A stretch of DNA of 59,091 bases from Octopus bimaculoides (Eukaryota): the NCBI RefSeq assembly GCF_001194135.2, contig NC_069008.1, positions 15,032,211-15,091,301 of the forward strand. Reading direction: 5' to 3'. The position numbers and the translations under genes are program-made. The notes under the pieces were generated by a model, which saw nothing but the letters and a program-made list of their open reading frames with translations, made no database searches and was not told where the DNA came from. Below are positions 14,331-26,898 of this stretch, piece after piece. How positions within the stretch are numbered: position 1 is the stretch's first letter; every line of letters starts with the position of its first letter.

Positions 14331-15392
14331 TTATACATGAGTAGATATGTGTTTATTTAACTTACGACTTTCAGAGAAAGATTTACCACAGATATCACAA
14401 TGATATGGCTTCTCTCCTGTATGAATGCGTTTGTGTAAAGTTAAAGCACTACTTACAGAGAATGATTTACTACAGATATCACAGACATACGGCTTTTCAC
14501 CTGTATGGATACGTTTGTGAGAAATTAAGTTACTACTTGCAGAGAATGATTTACCACAGATATCACAGTGATGTGGCTTGTCACCTGTATGAATATGTTT
14601 GTGAGAAGTTAAGTTATAACTTTGTGAGAATGATTTGCCACAGACATCACATTGAAATGGCTTCTCACCTGTATGAATAACTTTGTGCCTAGTTAAATCA
14701 CTGTTTGCAGAGAAAGATTTACCACAGATATCACAGTGAAATGGCTTCTCTCCTGTATGAATATGCTTGTGTTTACTCAAGTAACTACTTACAGAGAATG
14801 ATTTACCACAGATATCACACTGATATGGCTTTTTTACAGTATGAATGCGTTTGTGTTTGGTTAAAACACTACTTTCAGAGAATGATTTACTACAGATATC
14901 ACAGCTATATGGCTTCTCCCCTGAATGAATACGTTTGTGAGAAGTCAAGTGATAACTTCGAGAGAATAATTTACCACAGTCATCACAGTGATATGGCTTC
15001 TCTCCCGTATGAACACGTTTGTGTGTAATTAAGACAGCACTTTGAGAGAATGATTTACCACAGATATCACAGTGATATGGCTTCTCCCCAGTATGAATAC
15101 GAATGTGCTTATTTAAGTCAATATTTTGAGAAAATGATTTGTCACAGACATTACAGTGATATGGTTTCTCTCCTGTATGAATACGTATATGTATTGTCAG
15201 GGCAGTACTTCCAGAGAAAGATTTACCACAGACATCACAACAATATGGTTTCTCTCCTGTATGAATATGTTTGTGTTTAGTCAAGTTATCTTTTAGAGAG
15301 AATGTCTTATCACAGTCATAGGACAAATTACTTGTTTCTTTCATCATGTCTTCAGGTAATATCAATTCCTCAAGTTTCTCACATTTTTCCAT
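14331..15392 (-). CDS. C2H2 zinc-finger protein ZNF2 (11 intact fingers plus a degenerate first finger)
   Basis: Tandem C2H2 ORF; ATG at 15392; close paralog of ZNF7 (same helices GSTALTI, QNIDLNK, QSAVLIT, RSYHLTS). Confidence 0.93.
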   Translation of the reverse strand: MEKCEKLEELILPEDMMKETSNLSYDCDKTFSLKDNLTKHKHIHTGEKPYCCDVCGKSFSGSTALTIHIRIHTGEKPYHCNVCDKSFSQNIDLNKHIRIHTGEKPYHCDICGKSFSQSAVLITHKRVHTGEKPYHCDDCGKLFSRSYHLTSHKRIHSGEKPYSCDICSKSFSESSVLTKHKRIHTVKKPYQCDICGKSFSVSSYLSKHKHIHTGEKPFHCDICGKSFSANSDLTRHKVIHTGEKPFQCDVCGKSFSQSYNLTSHKHIHTGDKPHHCDICGKSFSASSNLISHKRIHTGEKPYVCDICSKSFSVSSALTLHKRIHTGEKPYHCDICGKSFSESRKLNKHISTHV

Positions 15393-15442
15393 AATTTTTC
15401 TTTTCAAATCTCTCTCTCTCTCTCTCTCTATTTATACATATA

Positions 15443-15475
<33 letters not shown>

Positions 15476-16289
15476 TTCTTTAGTTTGTTCTTATAGTTAT
15501 GCCTTGCCAATATTTCAATCACTGTATTTCTGTTCAGTGTTACCTTTGTCTTAGAACTCCTTTCTCAATTTATCTAATTTTAATTTGCACACAAATTCAT
15601 TTTGTAGACACTCCAGTCAGAAATGCATGGGAATTTCAGTAATAATCACAGGTCAGAGCATATATTGCACTGGAATGCTATCATAAGTTTATAAAAATGG
15701 TATTATATATCTGCTTTCGATAGCATTTTCTTTGTCTTCAAAACATGATAAATATTGAGAATGTATCTTCACTTATCCCAATGTCATTTGATATTCTGAA
15801 ATTATTAAAAAAAACACAGTGTAAGATGCAGAAGCTACTTAAAAATTACAGATTCAACACATATATACATATTATACACATATATAAAGAGTGAGAAAGA
15901 GAGTGGTAAATATATAGAGTGGGTAAAAGTTAAATAACATAACTTACTTTAGCATTTTTGTAGACATTTATGGAGTCCAGTGTGTTGGCTCTATGTGCTA
16001 CCTTTTCTTTATACCAGAGGTCATTGTTCACATAGATATTTCACAACTTAACCAAATCAATTGCTATTTAGCATTAATTTCTCACTGTTGGTCCAGTGAA
16101 TTTATTCAGCTGAATACACTTCATTGATTAGATGAAATTACCGAAATACAAGTTTAACACGAAATAACTTTGAAAATATAAACTTTTCTCAACACCACTA
16201 AGAGTAAAAGATGTTTTATATGACACATTCTACCAGTGTCCGAAGTTTGAAAGTGTTTAGTTACAAAAAATTAATTTCTCGATGTGCCG

Positions 16290-16650
16290 TTCAAAGGGAA
16301 AAGATCCCAGTTGTGTTACTAGTACCGTATTTTTCTAAGCCACATGAAGGGCAAATACGTTCCTTATGCAAGAGCCCATGGCGTCTGCACCAATCAATTG
16401 CTTTTTCATTATCCATTAAATTAATAATCAAATCCGAACAATTTATGCTACTCACTGATGGAAAATTCATATTGAAATTGTAAATGTTAACATTAAATAT
16501 AAACAAAATGAAAGTAAATCATATTGAAGCTAAAAACGAAACTAAATCATATTTAAGCGGTCACGCATAAGCGAAACAAAACAAAACCATATTTAAGGTA
16601 AAAACGAAAGTAAATCAAATTTAAGCTGCCATGCTTAAAATAAAAGCGCC
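16290..16650 (-). mobile_element. 5' end of a Merlin element (GGCGC terminus, subterminal repeats, transposase N-terminus)
   Basis: Minus-strand start GGCGCTTT at 16650; repeated AAATCA(T/A)ATT(T/G)AAG motifs; ORF DNEKAIDWCRRHGLLHKERICPSC typical of IS1595-like N-termini. Confidence 0.7.
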
Positions 16651-16745
16651 ACCAAATCTCGCACAAATCATAGATATCTCTCTTCTATAGCTAGAAATAG
16701 CAGCTAAATCTTGCACAAATCATAAACATGTCTCACCCATAAAAG
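16651..16745 (-). repeat. Same minisatellite, ~2 copies (ZNF2)
   Basis: Reverse-complement units such as ACCAAATCTCGCACAAATCAT. Confidence 0.85.
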
Positions 16746-16829
16746 AGAAACGAGACAAAGAGTCACCACGTCAAAAACTGAACGTCTACAATATTTAAGA
16801 TAAAAGATGTAGTATTTTCATTGTTTAAT

Positions 16830-16992
16830 ACTCACGGAAAAATTTCATAAAGGATAACGTTCTTATAAGTGCATTTGTAATAGCTGAGAAATGTATTACA
16901 AATGTATTAAAAGTTAATGAGAGGTAATTCGTTCCACCAACAATTAAACAAATGTCAAGATGGAAAAGGAAATGTATCTAGTGCGCATGCGT
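16830..16992 (-). promoter_or_regulatory. ZNF2 promoter motif, exon 1 and donor
   Basis: TGCGCATGCGT at 16982-16992; minus-strand donor CC|GTGAGTATT starting at 16835. Confidence 0.7.
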
Positions 16993-17296
16993 TTGTGTTA
17001 CAAGAACCACGGCAGCTCACTCTTGTTACTGTTTTTCTTGGGCTGATAACTTGTAGGAAGGCATACGAAAAACGTCAGACGTATAAAATATTTTTAAAAG
17101 TTTTAATATCTATTTTATTTAATTTTCCACTTCAGCATCGTTTTTCAGTCCATTTTGGATACTTTCAAAAATCCATAGTGATACCCATTACCATTTAATC
17201 AGATGTCATAAATACACAGAAAGATTTCAATTGGAATAGAATGCTACATAAAGGGAGATAACAAGTCTTATTCGCTGAAAGTATTACATATGAAAA

Positions 17297-17447
17297 TGCG
17301 CATGCGCAATACACGTACCTTCGTTTCTTGGCATCAGATTAGAAATGTTCGTCGCATGAATTTCTCTTCATCTCCTTTTAATTCATATCTCAACCAACAC
17401 ACACACAGTTTATAGTAACGCTGTCCATATCAATAATTCACGTAAGT
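17297..17447 (+). promoter_or_regulatory. ZNF3 promoter motif, exon 1 and donor
   Basis: Perfect TGCGCATGCGCA at 17297-17308; donor C|GTAAGTATT at 17442. Confidence 0.75.
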
Positions 17448-17530
17448 ATTAAACAACGAAAATCTTCTATCTTAAACATTGTAGACGTTCGGTTTTTGAC
17501 ATGTTGATTCTTTGTGTCTCTTCTGTCTTT

Positions 17531-18126
17531 TATGGAAGAGAGATATCCCTGATTTGGCTGCTATTTCTAGCTATGGAAAAGAGATGTCCATGATTTGTAC
17601 GAGATTTGGCTGCTGTCTCTAGCTGCAAAAGAGAGATGTCTATGATTTATGCAAGATTTGGCTGCTATTGCAAGCTATAGAAGAGCGATGCCCATGATTT
17701 GTGCGAGATTTGGTTGCTATTTTTGGATATGGATGAGAGATGTTTATTATTTATACGAGCTTTGGCCGCTATTTCTAGCTCTGAATGAGAGATGTCCATC
17801 ATTTATGCGAGATATGGCTGCTATTGCTGATTATAGAAGAGAGATGTGTATTATTTGCACGAGATTTGGCTACTATTTCTAGCTATGGAAGAGATGTCTT
17901 TGATTTGTGTGAGATTTGGCTGCTATTTCTAGCTATGGAAGAGAGATATATATTATTCGCACGAGATTTGGCTGCTATTTCTAGCTATGGAAGAGAGATA
18001 TATATTATTCGCACGAGATTTGGCTGCTATTTCTAGCTATGGATGAGTGATGTATATTATTCGCACGAGATTTGGCTGCTATTTCTAGCTATGGAAGAGA
18101 GATGTCTATGATTTGTGCGAGATTTG
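17531..18126 (+). repeat. 52-bp intron-1 minisatellite, ~11 copies (ZNF3)
   Basis: Unit GAGATTTGGCTGCTATTTCTAGCTATGGAAGAGAGATGTCCATGATTTGTGC read directly in tandem. Confidence 0.95.
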
Positions 18127-19932
18127 ACTTATTTCCATTGTTGCACAAACTACCAAGGCAGTTGGTGAGTATGTCACGAGTGGAAGAGAGAAGAAAGAGC
18201 CAGGCAGTCTGGTTTATTATCACAACTTGTAAGATGATGTTTAAGTTAATTATATATGTATCTTCGTGCTATTCATTTTATTTCCTGCCAGCGTTATTAG
18301 ATTAGGATTTGAAATGGGAATAAAAGCACAAGAATTCAAACGAAGATAACGAAAACATAAAGCAATTAAGTATTTGATATGAGTGCAACATACACTTATT
18401 TAAAATTAAAGAAAAGAAAGAACGCTAATAGGAATTCAGTTATACCAGGGGATGGTGGTTACAATTCTGAGGGTGGGAGATAATATTACCTAGATTCTGT
18501 CAGATGATTATGTGATTCTGCTAAAAAGACGAGGAAACAAGTTGAAATTTTGAACAAATAAAGTTTGGATATATACATTTTTGAAGAACAAGTTTCATTC
18601 CCTTGTTTAATTCCCCACATGGTGAACTTGCAAGGCAAAAATTGTCCCAAAAAATGATTTTTTTCACCAAGAACCATTTTCAGAGACCTCTGAATATATT
18701 ATGCCTTGTACATAATCAGTATTTTTGTCATAGACACAGTTCTCAAATTGAAGAAACTTATTAAAGTTTTGCTTATATTAGATAGAAGATCCTTGAATGT
18801 TGACTTTTTTTTAATTTCCACCCATGAAAAGGCCAATAATTCAAAAATGAAGGAAGATGGAACAATTCTGGTAGCAGATTCTTATTTCAGTTTACCTGGA
18901 GTAGCCAATTTCAGTGAAATACTATGATTAGTTTAGATATTCAGCACCAAAATATGTATAAATTGACATTTTTGCAGAACATATGTTTGAAACCCTTAGG
19001 AATTCAACCGTAAAATTATGCATGTGTTCCTTATGCATTTAGAGGTATTACCTTATGCATGTAGAGGTATTACACCTGAGTTGGTCAGGTGGAAAATTTT
19101 TTTAACTTTGTTTGAATTCATATGGAATGAGCCCGTTGTGATCATAGCTCTCTATGTGGCCACACTATCTATTTGAAATATTAGCTATAAATATTAAAGA
19201 TGTAGTTCTAGATATACAGAGCTACAGAAAAAACAGGATGATCATGGATGGAATGTCTTTAATCATATGTATACTGAACCATAGCTACTCTGAACAACTT
19301 CAGATTATATTTCTTGAGAGAAAGGAATGTTATTAACCACTCTTCTCTAGTTTAATCGAAATAATATTACACAGTGTGAAGGTTTAGCTGTTGTTTACAA
19401 ATATCGAAGCTAAACACAAGATTCTGTGATGTAAATTATAAATTAAAAAGCTCAGTCATTCAGGTGAATGTTTATTTCTAAAGTTTATCTTTATAGAAAT
19501 GCAAATTTTCCTCTGTTGAATCTGTATTTTTAAAGTAACCTCTATATCTTACATTGCTGTTCCTTTATTATTTCAGAATATCAGATGACATTGGCAGAAC
19601 AGAAGATATGTTCTCAACATTTATCATCTTTTAAAAACTGAAGGAAATTTTATACAGAGCAGATATATAAAACTGGTAGATACCCTAAGAAATATTTGCT
19701 CAAAAAAATGCTGAGATTATTAGCAAAATTTCTGATCATCACTGATAGGAATGTCTACAAGATGAGTTTATGTGCTGAGTAATCTTGGATAAATTTACAT
19801 AGGTGTTGCTATAGGTGACATTGGGTAGAAATACGGGAGTGGAAGTATTTGTAGAAATAAAAGATAACAAAAGCAAGAAGAATATATATACATTGTGATT
19901 TGAGAAGAAAAATAATAGAGACGCCTAAAGAA

Positions 19933-21162
19933 ATGATTTCCCATGAAGGCATGATGAAAGATATGAGAAAGATGTCATATGACTGTGATGTCTGTAGGAA
20001 GTCTTTCTCTCAAAAATGTAACCTAACTACGCACAAATATATTCATACAGGAGAGAAACCATATCAATGTGATATCTGTGGTAAATCATTTTCTCAGTGT
20101 AGTACTTTGACTTCACACAAGCGTACTCATACAGGAGAGAAGCCATATCACTGTGATATCTGTGGTAAATCATTCACTCAAAGTGGTAAATTGATTGCAC
20201 ACAAACGTTTTCATTCAGGAGAGAAGCCATATCATTGTGATATTTGTGGTAAATCATTCTCGCAAGGTAATACCTTGACTTCTCACAAACGTACTCATAC
20301 AGGAGAGAAGCCATATGACTGTGATATCTGTGGTAAATCATTCTCGCAGAGTAATACCTTGACTTCACACAAACGTACTCATACAGGAGAAAAGCCATAT
20401 CATTGTGATATCTGTGGTAAATCATTCATTCAAAGTGGTAGATTAATTGCACACAAACGTACTCATACAGGAGAGAAGCCATATCATTGTGATATCTGTG
20501 GTAAATCATTCATTCAAAATGGTAAATTAACTGCACACATACGTATTCATACAGGAGAAAAGCCATATCATTGTGATATCTGTGGCAAATCATTTTCTAG
20601 CAGTAGTGAGGTATCTGCACACAAACGTCTTCATTCAGGAGAGAAACCATATCACTGTGATATTTGTAGTAAACCATTCCCTCGAAAAAGTGCTTTATCT
20701 GCACATGTACGTATTCATACAGGAGAAAAGCCATATCATTGTGATATCTGTGGTAAATCATTCTCTCAAAATAGTGACTTAACAAAACACAAACGTCTTC
20801 ATTCAGGAGAGAAGCCATATCACTGTGATGTCTGTGGTAAATCATTCTCTGATAGTAGTCATTTAACTGCACATGTACGTATTCATACAGGAGAGAGACC
20901 ATATCACTGTGATATCTGTGGTAAATCATTCACACAAAATAATGACTTAACTAAACACAGACGTCTTCATTCAGGAGAAAGACCATATCAGTGTGATATT
21001 TGTGGTAAATCATTCTCTCAAAGTTATAGTGTAACTTCACACAAACGTACTCATACAGGAGAGAAGCCATATTATTGTAATGTCTGTGGTAAATCATTTA
21101 CTAAATGTAGTAATTTAACTGCGCACAAATGTATTCAGAGAGAAGAGAAAGGAAAAGTGTAG
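19933..21162 (+). CDS. C2H2 zinc-finger protein ZNF3 (13 fingers plus a degenerate last finger)
   Basis: Tandem C2H2 ORF; the ancestral ATG reads ATA at 19915, so the first in-frame ATG is 19933; C-terminus QREEKGKV; AATAAA at 21239. Confidence 0.88.
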   Translation: MISHEGMMKDMRKMSYDCDVCRKSFSQKCNLTTHKYIHTGEKPYQCDICGKSFSQCSTLTSHKRTHTGEKPYHCDICGKSFTQSGKLIAHKRFHSGEKPYHCDICGKSFSQGNTLTSHKRTHTGEKPYDCDICGKSFSQSNTLTSHKRTHTGEKPYHCDICGKSFIQSGRLIAHKRTHTGEKPYHCDICGKSFIQNGKLTAHIRIHTGEKPYHCDICGKSFSSSSEVSAHKRLHSGEKPYHCDICSKPFPRKSALSAHVRIHTGEKPYHCDICGKSFSQNSDLTKHKRLHSGEKPYHCDVCGKSFSDSSHLTAHVRIHTGERPYHCDICGKSFTQNNDLTKHRRLHSGERPYQCDICGKSFSQSYSVTSHKRTHTGEKPYYCNVCGKSFTKCSNLTAHKCIQREEKGKV

Positions 21163-21887
21163 TTTGTATGGTTTCTTCTGTTGACTTCTTTTTCTTAATA
21201 TTTCCTGTTTTTCATATAAAGGAAATTACAATTCTGAAAATAAAGTATTTCCAAAAATTCCAGTTTTTTATTTTGTCTTTCATACCTTTTCACACAAGCC
21301 TCACTTCCTTGCTCCTTTCATTTCTCATGATGGAGGGAGCTCTATACTGAAACTTCCCCTCCGTCAACCCTACACATTGTTCTTTGTTGAGTACCACTTC
21401 CCCAATTTACTATATATTTATTTTTTTTATTAGATTTTAAATGCTTCTCAAAATATGTTAATGATAGCAACTGTACCCCTTCTTGTTGACTCCACTATAT
21501 ATAGATATATATACACACACACATGAAGAAACATTCTAGAGCTAAGCGCTGTATGGACATGAAACCCAGGGTAGCCCCATAGACCGGCCATAACTATCTA
21601 TGCGTGTGTGTGTGTGTATGATTTATGCGAGATATGGTTGCTATTTCTAGCGATATTATTGTTTTTACGTCCTTGTAATGTATAGGCTCGACAAAAAGAA
21701 ACCGAAAGAACAAGTACCAGGCTTAAAAAGAAAAAATGCTGGGGCCGATTCATTCGACTAAAAATTCTTCCAGGCAGTGCCCCAGCATGGCCACAGTTTA
21801 ATGGCAAAAAGGTAAAAGATACATACAGACAGTATAAAGATAAAGGGGAATAACACGAATTAGTTGACGGAAATATTTCATAAGAAA

Positions 21888-22030
21888 TGCGCATGCGCAC
21901 TATTAGTACTCGTATTTCATCTTAACGTCAGAATGTTCGACGAAGGGTCATCACTTTACCGCTGATAATACGTTTCTGAACTACCAGACATAGTTATAAG
22001 ATCTCTAACCTATAAAACATTTTCGTAAGT
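21888..22030 (+). promoter_or_regulatory. ZNF4 promoter motif, exon 1 and donor
   Basis: TGCGCATGCGCA at 21888-21899; donor C|GTAAGTATT at 22025. Confidence 0.75.
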
Positions 22031-22121
22031 ATTGAACATCGAAAATGTTTCACCTTCTAACACTGGAGACGTTCAGTTTTTGACGACTCGATTCTTTGTG
22101 TTTCTCTCGTTTGTTTTGGAT

Positions 22122-22166
22122 GGGAGATGTCCATGATTTATGCGAGATATGGTTGCTATTTCTAGC
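22122..22166 (+). repeat. Same minisatellite, ~1 copy (ZNF4)
   Basis: GGAGATGTCCATGATTTATGCGAGATATGGTTGCTATTTCTAGC. Confidence 0.85.
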
Positions 22167-22299
22167 AAGGCAATAAAGGAAAAAAAGGAGAAACAGAAAG
22201 AAAAACCCCTCTCAGATGAGAGTGAGGAGTATCTGAAGAAAAATTTTTAAATATCAACTAGTTTATGGTTGGGAGTCAACAGTTAACTTAAAATAACGG

Positions 22300-22690
22300 C
22301 ACTCAGCTTCCGCCATGGCCTCAAGACAAATCCAATTTCGAACCTCCTAATACCCCCGATTATGGTCCCATGGATTATTATGTATGGGGCGCAGTTGAGA
22401 AAGACACTAATCTCTCTGCCTGCAAAACTAAGACCGATTTGATGGCAAAGATCAAGGAGGTGTTGCAAGATTTTCCTAGGGACACAGTAAGGGAAGTGTG
22501 TATCTGGTTTCGAAGCTCGCTTGAGGCCATTCTGGAAACCGAGGGCGGCTACTTTGAGTGAACTGTCATCTCCCAGCCATAAGTTAGTTAATATATATAT
22601 TTTTTAATTTTAAAAGCAAATACATTTATTTTTGGATGAGAAATTTTTATGCGAACTGTCAAATTTATACCCGGAAACCCGGCGCAGGTA
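22300..22690 (+). mobile_element. Tc1/mariner-superfamily transposase C-terminal remnant
   Basis: PPNTPDYGPMDYYVWGAVEKDTN...EAILETEGGYFE resembles the WPPNSPDLNPMDY motif. Confidence 0.8.
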
Positions 22691-22877
22691 AAGAATACGT
22701 ACACCATCCGTTTTCGGCGTAACAAGAACCCTAAACACCGAGTGTATGTATTCTTTACTTTCGCTGGAAACCCTATATAGCTGATATAGTGTTTCTAAGG
22801 TTGTGAACAATTGTAAAAAATGTATTTGTTCTGAAAGTCAAAAATACAGTAAAAACACCTTGTTCTGCTCCCCTTCA

Positions 22878-22880
<3 letters not shown>

Positions 22881-22948
<68 letters not shown>
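22881..22948. repeat. (TA)n microsatellite
   Basis: Pure TA run; shorter ones occur throughout the window. Confidence 0.95.
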
Positions 22949-22950
<2 letters not shown>

Positions 22951-24261
22951 GCATATGACTGCATATCTGTATTCACATTGTGTGATAGTTTCAAATGAGT
23001 ATCACTGTCCTGCAATAGAGAATTATTATGTTGCTAGGAAACAAGTGAGGTTTTGACCCATTCGAGCATGGAAAGGTGAACAGTGAAGTGATGACAAAAT
23101 TGTGCAAAAGATCTCCCTGTTAAGAAAAGCTGGTTTATAAATTATGTATAATTGTCATCATTATTATCATTTGAACAGCCACTTTTCTATGCTTGCTTGG
23201 TTCAGACAGAATTTTTACCACCTGATACCCTTCTTGTCGCTAATCTCTGTTTCTAAGCAAAACGTATTTCCCCATATCAGGAGATGTTTCCATGGAAGAT
23301 TGAAAACAAAATAATTTGGTGATGTTTGTTTATGAAATTCATTCACAAGACATAGGTTTACCTTGGTCTATAGTAGAAGAGACTTGCCCAAGTTGCCACA
23401 CAGTGGGACTGAACCCAAAACGTCTTGACCACACAGCCACACCAGTCATATTTTTTGTTAATATTGATTAGCCTTGAGCAACCTCAAGGTTAAACAATTG
23501 CATTTCAGGAGAAAAAAGAATGTTATGATCCACTAATCTGTGATTTGATCTAAATGTTACACAATATGAAGGAATAGCTACAGGTTACAAATGTATAGGC
23601 AAAACACAAGATCCTGTGATGTAAATTTTTAATAAATTTAAAAGTTTTGGTTCTTTAGGTAAATATTTATTTCTAACGTAGCTTGGATAACAGACAGAGT
23701 CAACAACTATTGAAAAAGTTGCAAGACACAACAAAAATTTTAGAAAAATAAATAAGTGAATGAGTGGAAACTTTACCAGTGAATGTGTTAAATTATAAGG
23801 CACTAAAAGAAAATGATTCTCTCCAGACACAATAGAATTTATTTCTAAAGTTTGTCTCTAAAGAAATGTAAATTTTCCAATGTTGAATCCGTATTTTTAA
23901 AGCAGCCTCTTTATCTTAGACTGTTGTTTCTTTATTATTTCAGGATATCAAATGACATTGGCATAACAGACGATACATTCTCAGTATTTATCATCTTTTG
24001 AAGACCAAAGGAAAATATTATGCAGAGCAAATATATAACACAGTTACTATAAGTCTTCAGCAGAATTCCTTTGAAATATTTGCTCTGATCTGTAATTATT
24101 AGCAACATTCTCTGCATCATAGTCTGCAGTGAAGAGTTGATGAGTCAACATGTTTTTAACATAAATTGACAAAAGAAATTCTGTGGTAGGAGCCTTTGTA
24201 AGGAATAAATCATCAGAACAAAGAAGGAAAATATATGCATTTTGATTTCAGAAGAATAATA

Positions 24262-25326
24262 ATGGAAAACAGTGAGATATTTAAGAAATTGATTTTTCCT
24301 GAAAGCATGGTAAAAGAGAAAAGGGAATTTCCCTATGACTGTGATATCTGTAAAAAGTCCTTCTCTCAGAAAGGTCACCTAAATACTCACAAATGTACTC
24401 ATAAGAAGGAGAAACCATATCACTGTAACATCTGTGATAAATCATTCACTGGAAGTATTGACTTAACTAGGCACATACGTGTTCATACAGGGGAGAAGCC
24501 ATATCAGTGTGATATCTGTGGTAAATCATTCTCTCAAAGTATCGTCTTAACTACACACATACGTATTCATACAGGAGAGAAGCCATATCATTGTGATATC
24601 TGTGGCAAGTCATTCTCTCGAAGTTATCACGTCACTTCTCACAAACGTATTCATTCAGGAGAGAAGCCATATTGCTGTGATATTTGTGGTAAATCATTTA
24701 GTAAAAGTAGTAACTTAGCTGTACACAGGCATATTCATACAGTAGAGAAGCAATATCATTGTGATATTTGTGGTAAATTATTCTCTCAACGAAGTGTCTT
24801 GACTAAACACAAGCATATTCATACAGGAGAGCAACCATTTCACTGTGATAACTCATCCTCTGTAAGTAATCACTTAGCTAATTACAAAAGTATTCACACA
24901 GAGGAAAAGAGATATCTCTGTGATATTTGTGGTACGTCATTCTCTAATTGTAGTGCATTAACTAGACACAACCATACTCATACAGGGAAGAAGCCACTTC
25001 ACTGTGATATCTGTGGTAAATCATTCTGCAGAAGTAGTGACTTTACTAAACACAAACGTATTCATTCAGGCGAGAAGCCATATCACTGTGATATTTGTGG
25101 TAAATCATTCTCTCAAGGTAATAACTTAACTGAACACAAACGTATTCACACAGGAGAGAAACCATATCACTGTGATATCTGTGGTAAATCATTCTCTACA
25201 AGTTGTACCTTGACTTCTCACAAACGTATTCACACAGGGGAAAAGCCATATCACTGTGATATTTGTGGTAAATCATTCTCTCAGAATAGTAACTTAAGTA
25301 AACACAAACGTATTCATACAGGATAG
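24262..25326 (+). CDS. C2H2 zinc-finger protein ZNF4 (11 fingers plus one broken internal finger)
   Basis: Tandem C2H2 ORF; ATG homologous to the other paralogs at 24262 (an in-frame ATG also exists at 24235); paralog of ZNF6. Confidence 0.92.
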   Translation: MENSEIFKKLIFPESMVKEKREFPYDCDICKKSFSQKGHLNTHKCTHKKEKPYHCNICDKSFTGSIDLTRHIRVHTGEKPYQCDICGKSFSQSIVLTTHIRIHTGEKPYHCDICGKSFSRSYHVTSHKRIHSGEKPYCCDICGKSFSKSSNLAVHRHIHTVEKQYHCDICGKLFSQRSVLTKHKHIHTGEQPFHCDNSSSVSNHLANYKSIHTEEKRYLCDICGTSFSNCSALTRHNHTHTGKKPLHCDICGKSFCRSSDFTKHKRIHSGEKPYHCDICGKSFSQGNNLTEHKRIHTGEKPYHCDICGKSFSTSCTLTSHKRIHTGEKPYHCDICGKSFSQNSNLSKHKRIHTG

Positions 25327-25700
25327 ACAGCATACCATTGTGATATTTGTGGTAAATCATTCTGTGAAAGTCATCTGTTAGCTAAATACAAACATACAGG
25401 AGAGAAGCCATACCATCATGCTACCTGTAGTAAATCATTCTCTAACAGTAGTGACTTAACTGAATACAAATGTTTTCATACAGGAGGGAAGCTGTGTTAT
25501 CTGTGCTAAATTATTGTTTGACAGTCATGCTTTGACTTCATACAAATGTACACACAGAGGAGAGAAACCCTATCACTGTGGTATCTTTGTTAAATCATTC
25601 TCTGTCAATAGTGCTTTAGCTACAACACAAACGTATTCATACAGAAGAGAAACCATATAATTTTATTGTCTGTTATAAATCATTCTCTGAAAGTTGTAAG
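25327..25700 (+). pseudogene. Decayed fingers 3' of ZNF4
   Basis: Repeated ACAGGAGAGAAGCCA and GTAAATCATTCTCT remnants with His-to-Tyr changes and indels. Confidence 0.8.
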
Positions 25701-26898
25701 TTAACTAGACATGGAGATGATCACAGATCTTCCTCCATGTTTAGCAGTCTGGATCAAATGCTTCTTTTGGCTGTCTCCACACGTATACTCGGCCAGTGGT
25801 CGAAAATAAGGTAAAGAATGACTTGTTCAAGAAAATAATATTCTTCCACTGCTCTAGGGAGCGACTTGTGTTTTCAGGTGCTGGTGCCACTTAAAAAGTG
25901 CCCATGCACTTTTTAAAGCAGCCGTGCTAGTGCTGTGTAAACACACCCATGCCAGTGGCATATAAAAAGCACAACTTAAGTAGTTGGCAGTAGGGAGGGC
26001 ATCCAGTCATAGAAACCATGCCACAACAGACAATTGTCTGCACAGCTCTGTCAAACAGTTTGTTAGCATGAAGTGGGTGCTCTCTGTCATTGTACTAGCA
26101 CCAGAGGCGTGTACATGTGAATGTAGAGAACACTCAGTAAACCAAAGTGTCTAAACAAAGGAGAATCGCAGTGTGTAATGACAGCAGAGAGACCAGAAAT
26201 GGTTTGTTGATCTGTGCTGTTATCTCTCAAATGATGATAAATCCTCGTGTATACAAAGAATAACAAGAAGCAACTTTATTCTTAATATGTTCTGGTATAT
26301 TTGAATATTGAATATGCTAATCGATTACAATTTGGTAATTATGATACTTCTTCTACAACTGAAGATAATTTTAATAAATAAAGAATTTATGTATTATGCT
26401 ATTTCATACTTGTCTTTTGTCTACATTGTTCATATAAATGCCAGTACCAGGCAGAGGGGGTTTCCAGCAGTAAAAAAGATTAAATCAATTTTAATGCAGG
26501 ATATTACACTTTGAAATGCACTGTAAGACTTCATGGCAGTACACACAAGTCCAGGCAAGGGACAAATGAGATAATAATTGGGTAGGTGTGCAACACATAC
26601 CAAAGCAGGGTACATTGAGAGATACAAGCAGAGATAAATCAATTTTAATGCAAGATGTTACACTTTGAAATGCACTGTAAGATTTCATGGCAGTACACAC
26701 AGATTTCAGGCAGCGGTATTCGGTCTAGTCATATCGAAACAGTACTGGCTACTGAATTATTTAGTCAAATTAGGCAAAATTCGACAAATTTGTTGACTTG
26801 TCATATTCCTCAAAATATTCATCGAAATTTCACAAATGTGGCAGGAAAATATTTCTTTTTTGGATGCTCCTCTCAAAGGAAAAGTGAAGTAGAAATTA

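Noticed and set aside
14405-15280. Antisense ORFs of the [17 protein letters not shown] type (also 20174-20929, 30608-31320, 35868-36713, 42092-43162, 47789-49030, 54543-54791)
   Set aside because: These are the reverse-complement shadow of 84-bp C2H2 repeats and have no independent coding signal.
17531-18126. CRISPR-like interpretation of the repeat array
   Set aside because: Units abut with no unique spacers, there are no cas genes, and the context is eukaryotic.
17649-18305. ORFs in the minisatellite (DLAAISSYGR...)
   Set aside because: The 52-bp unit is not a multiple of 3; the peptide motif rotates between frames.
26480-26702. ~70-bp direct duplication (26480 and 26634)
   Set aside because: Simple local duplication with no functional signal.
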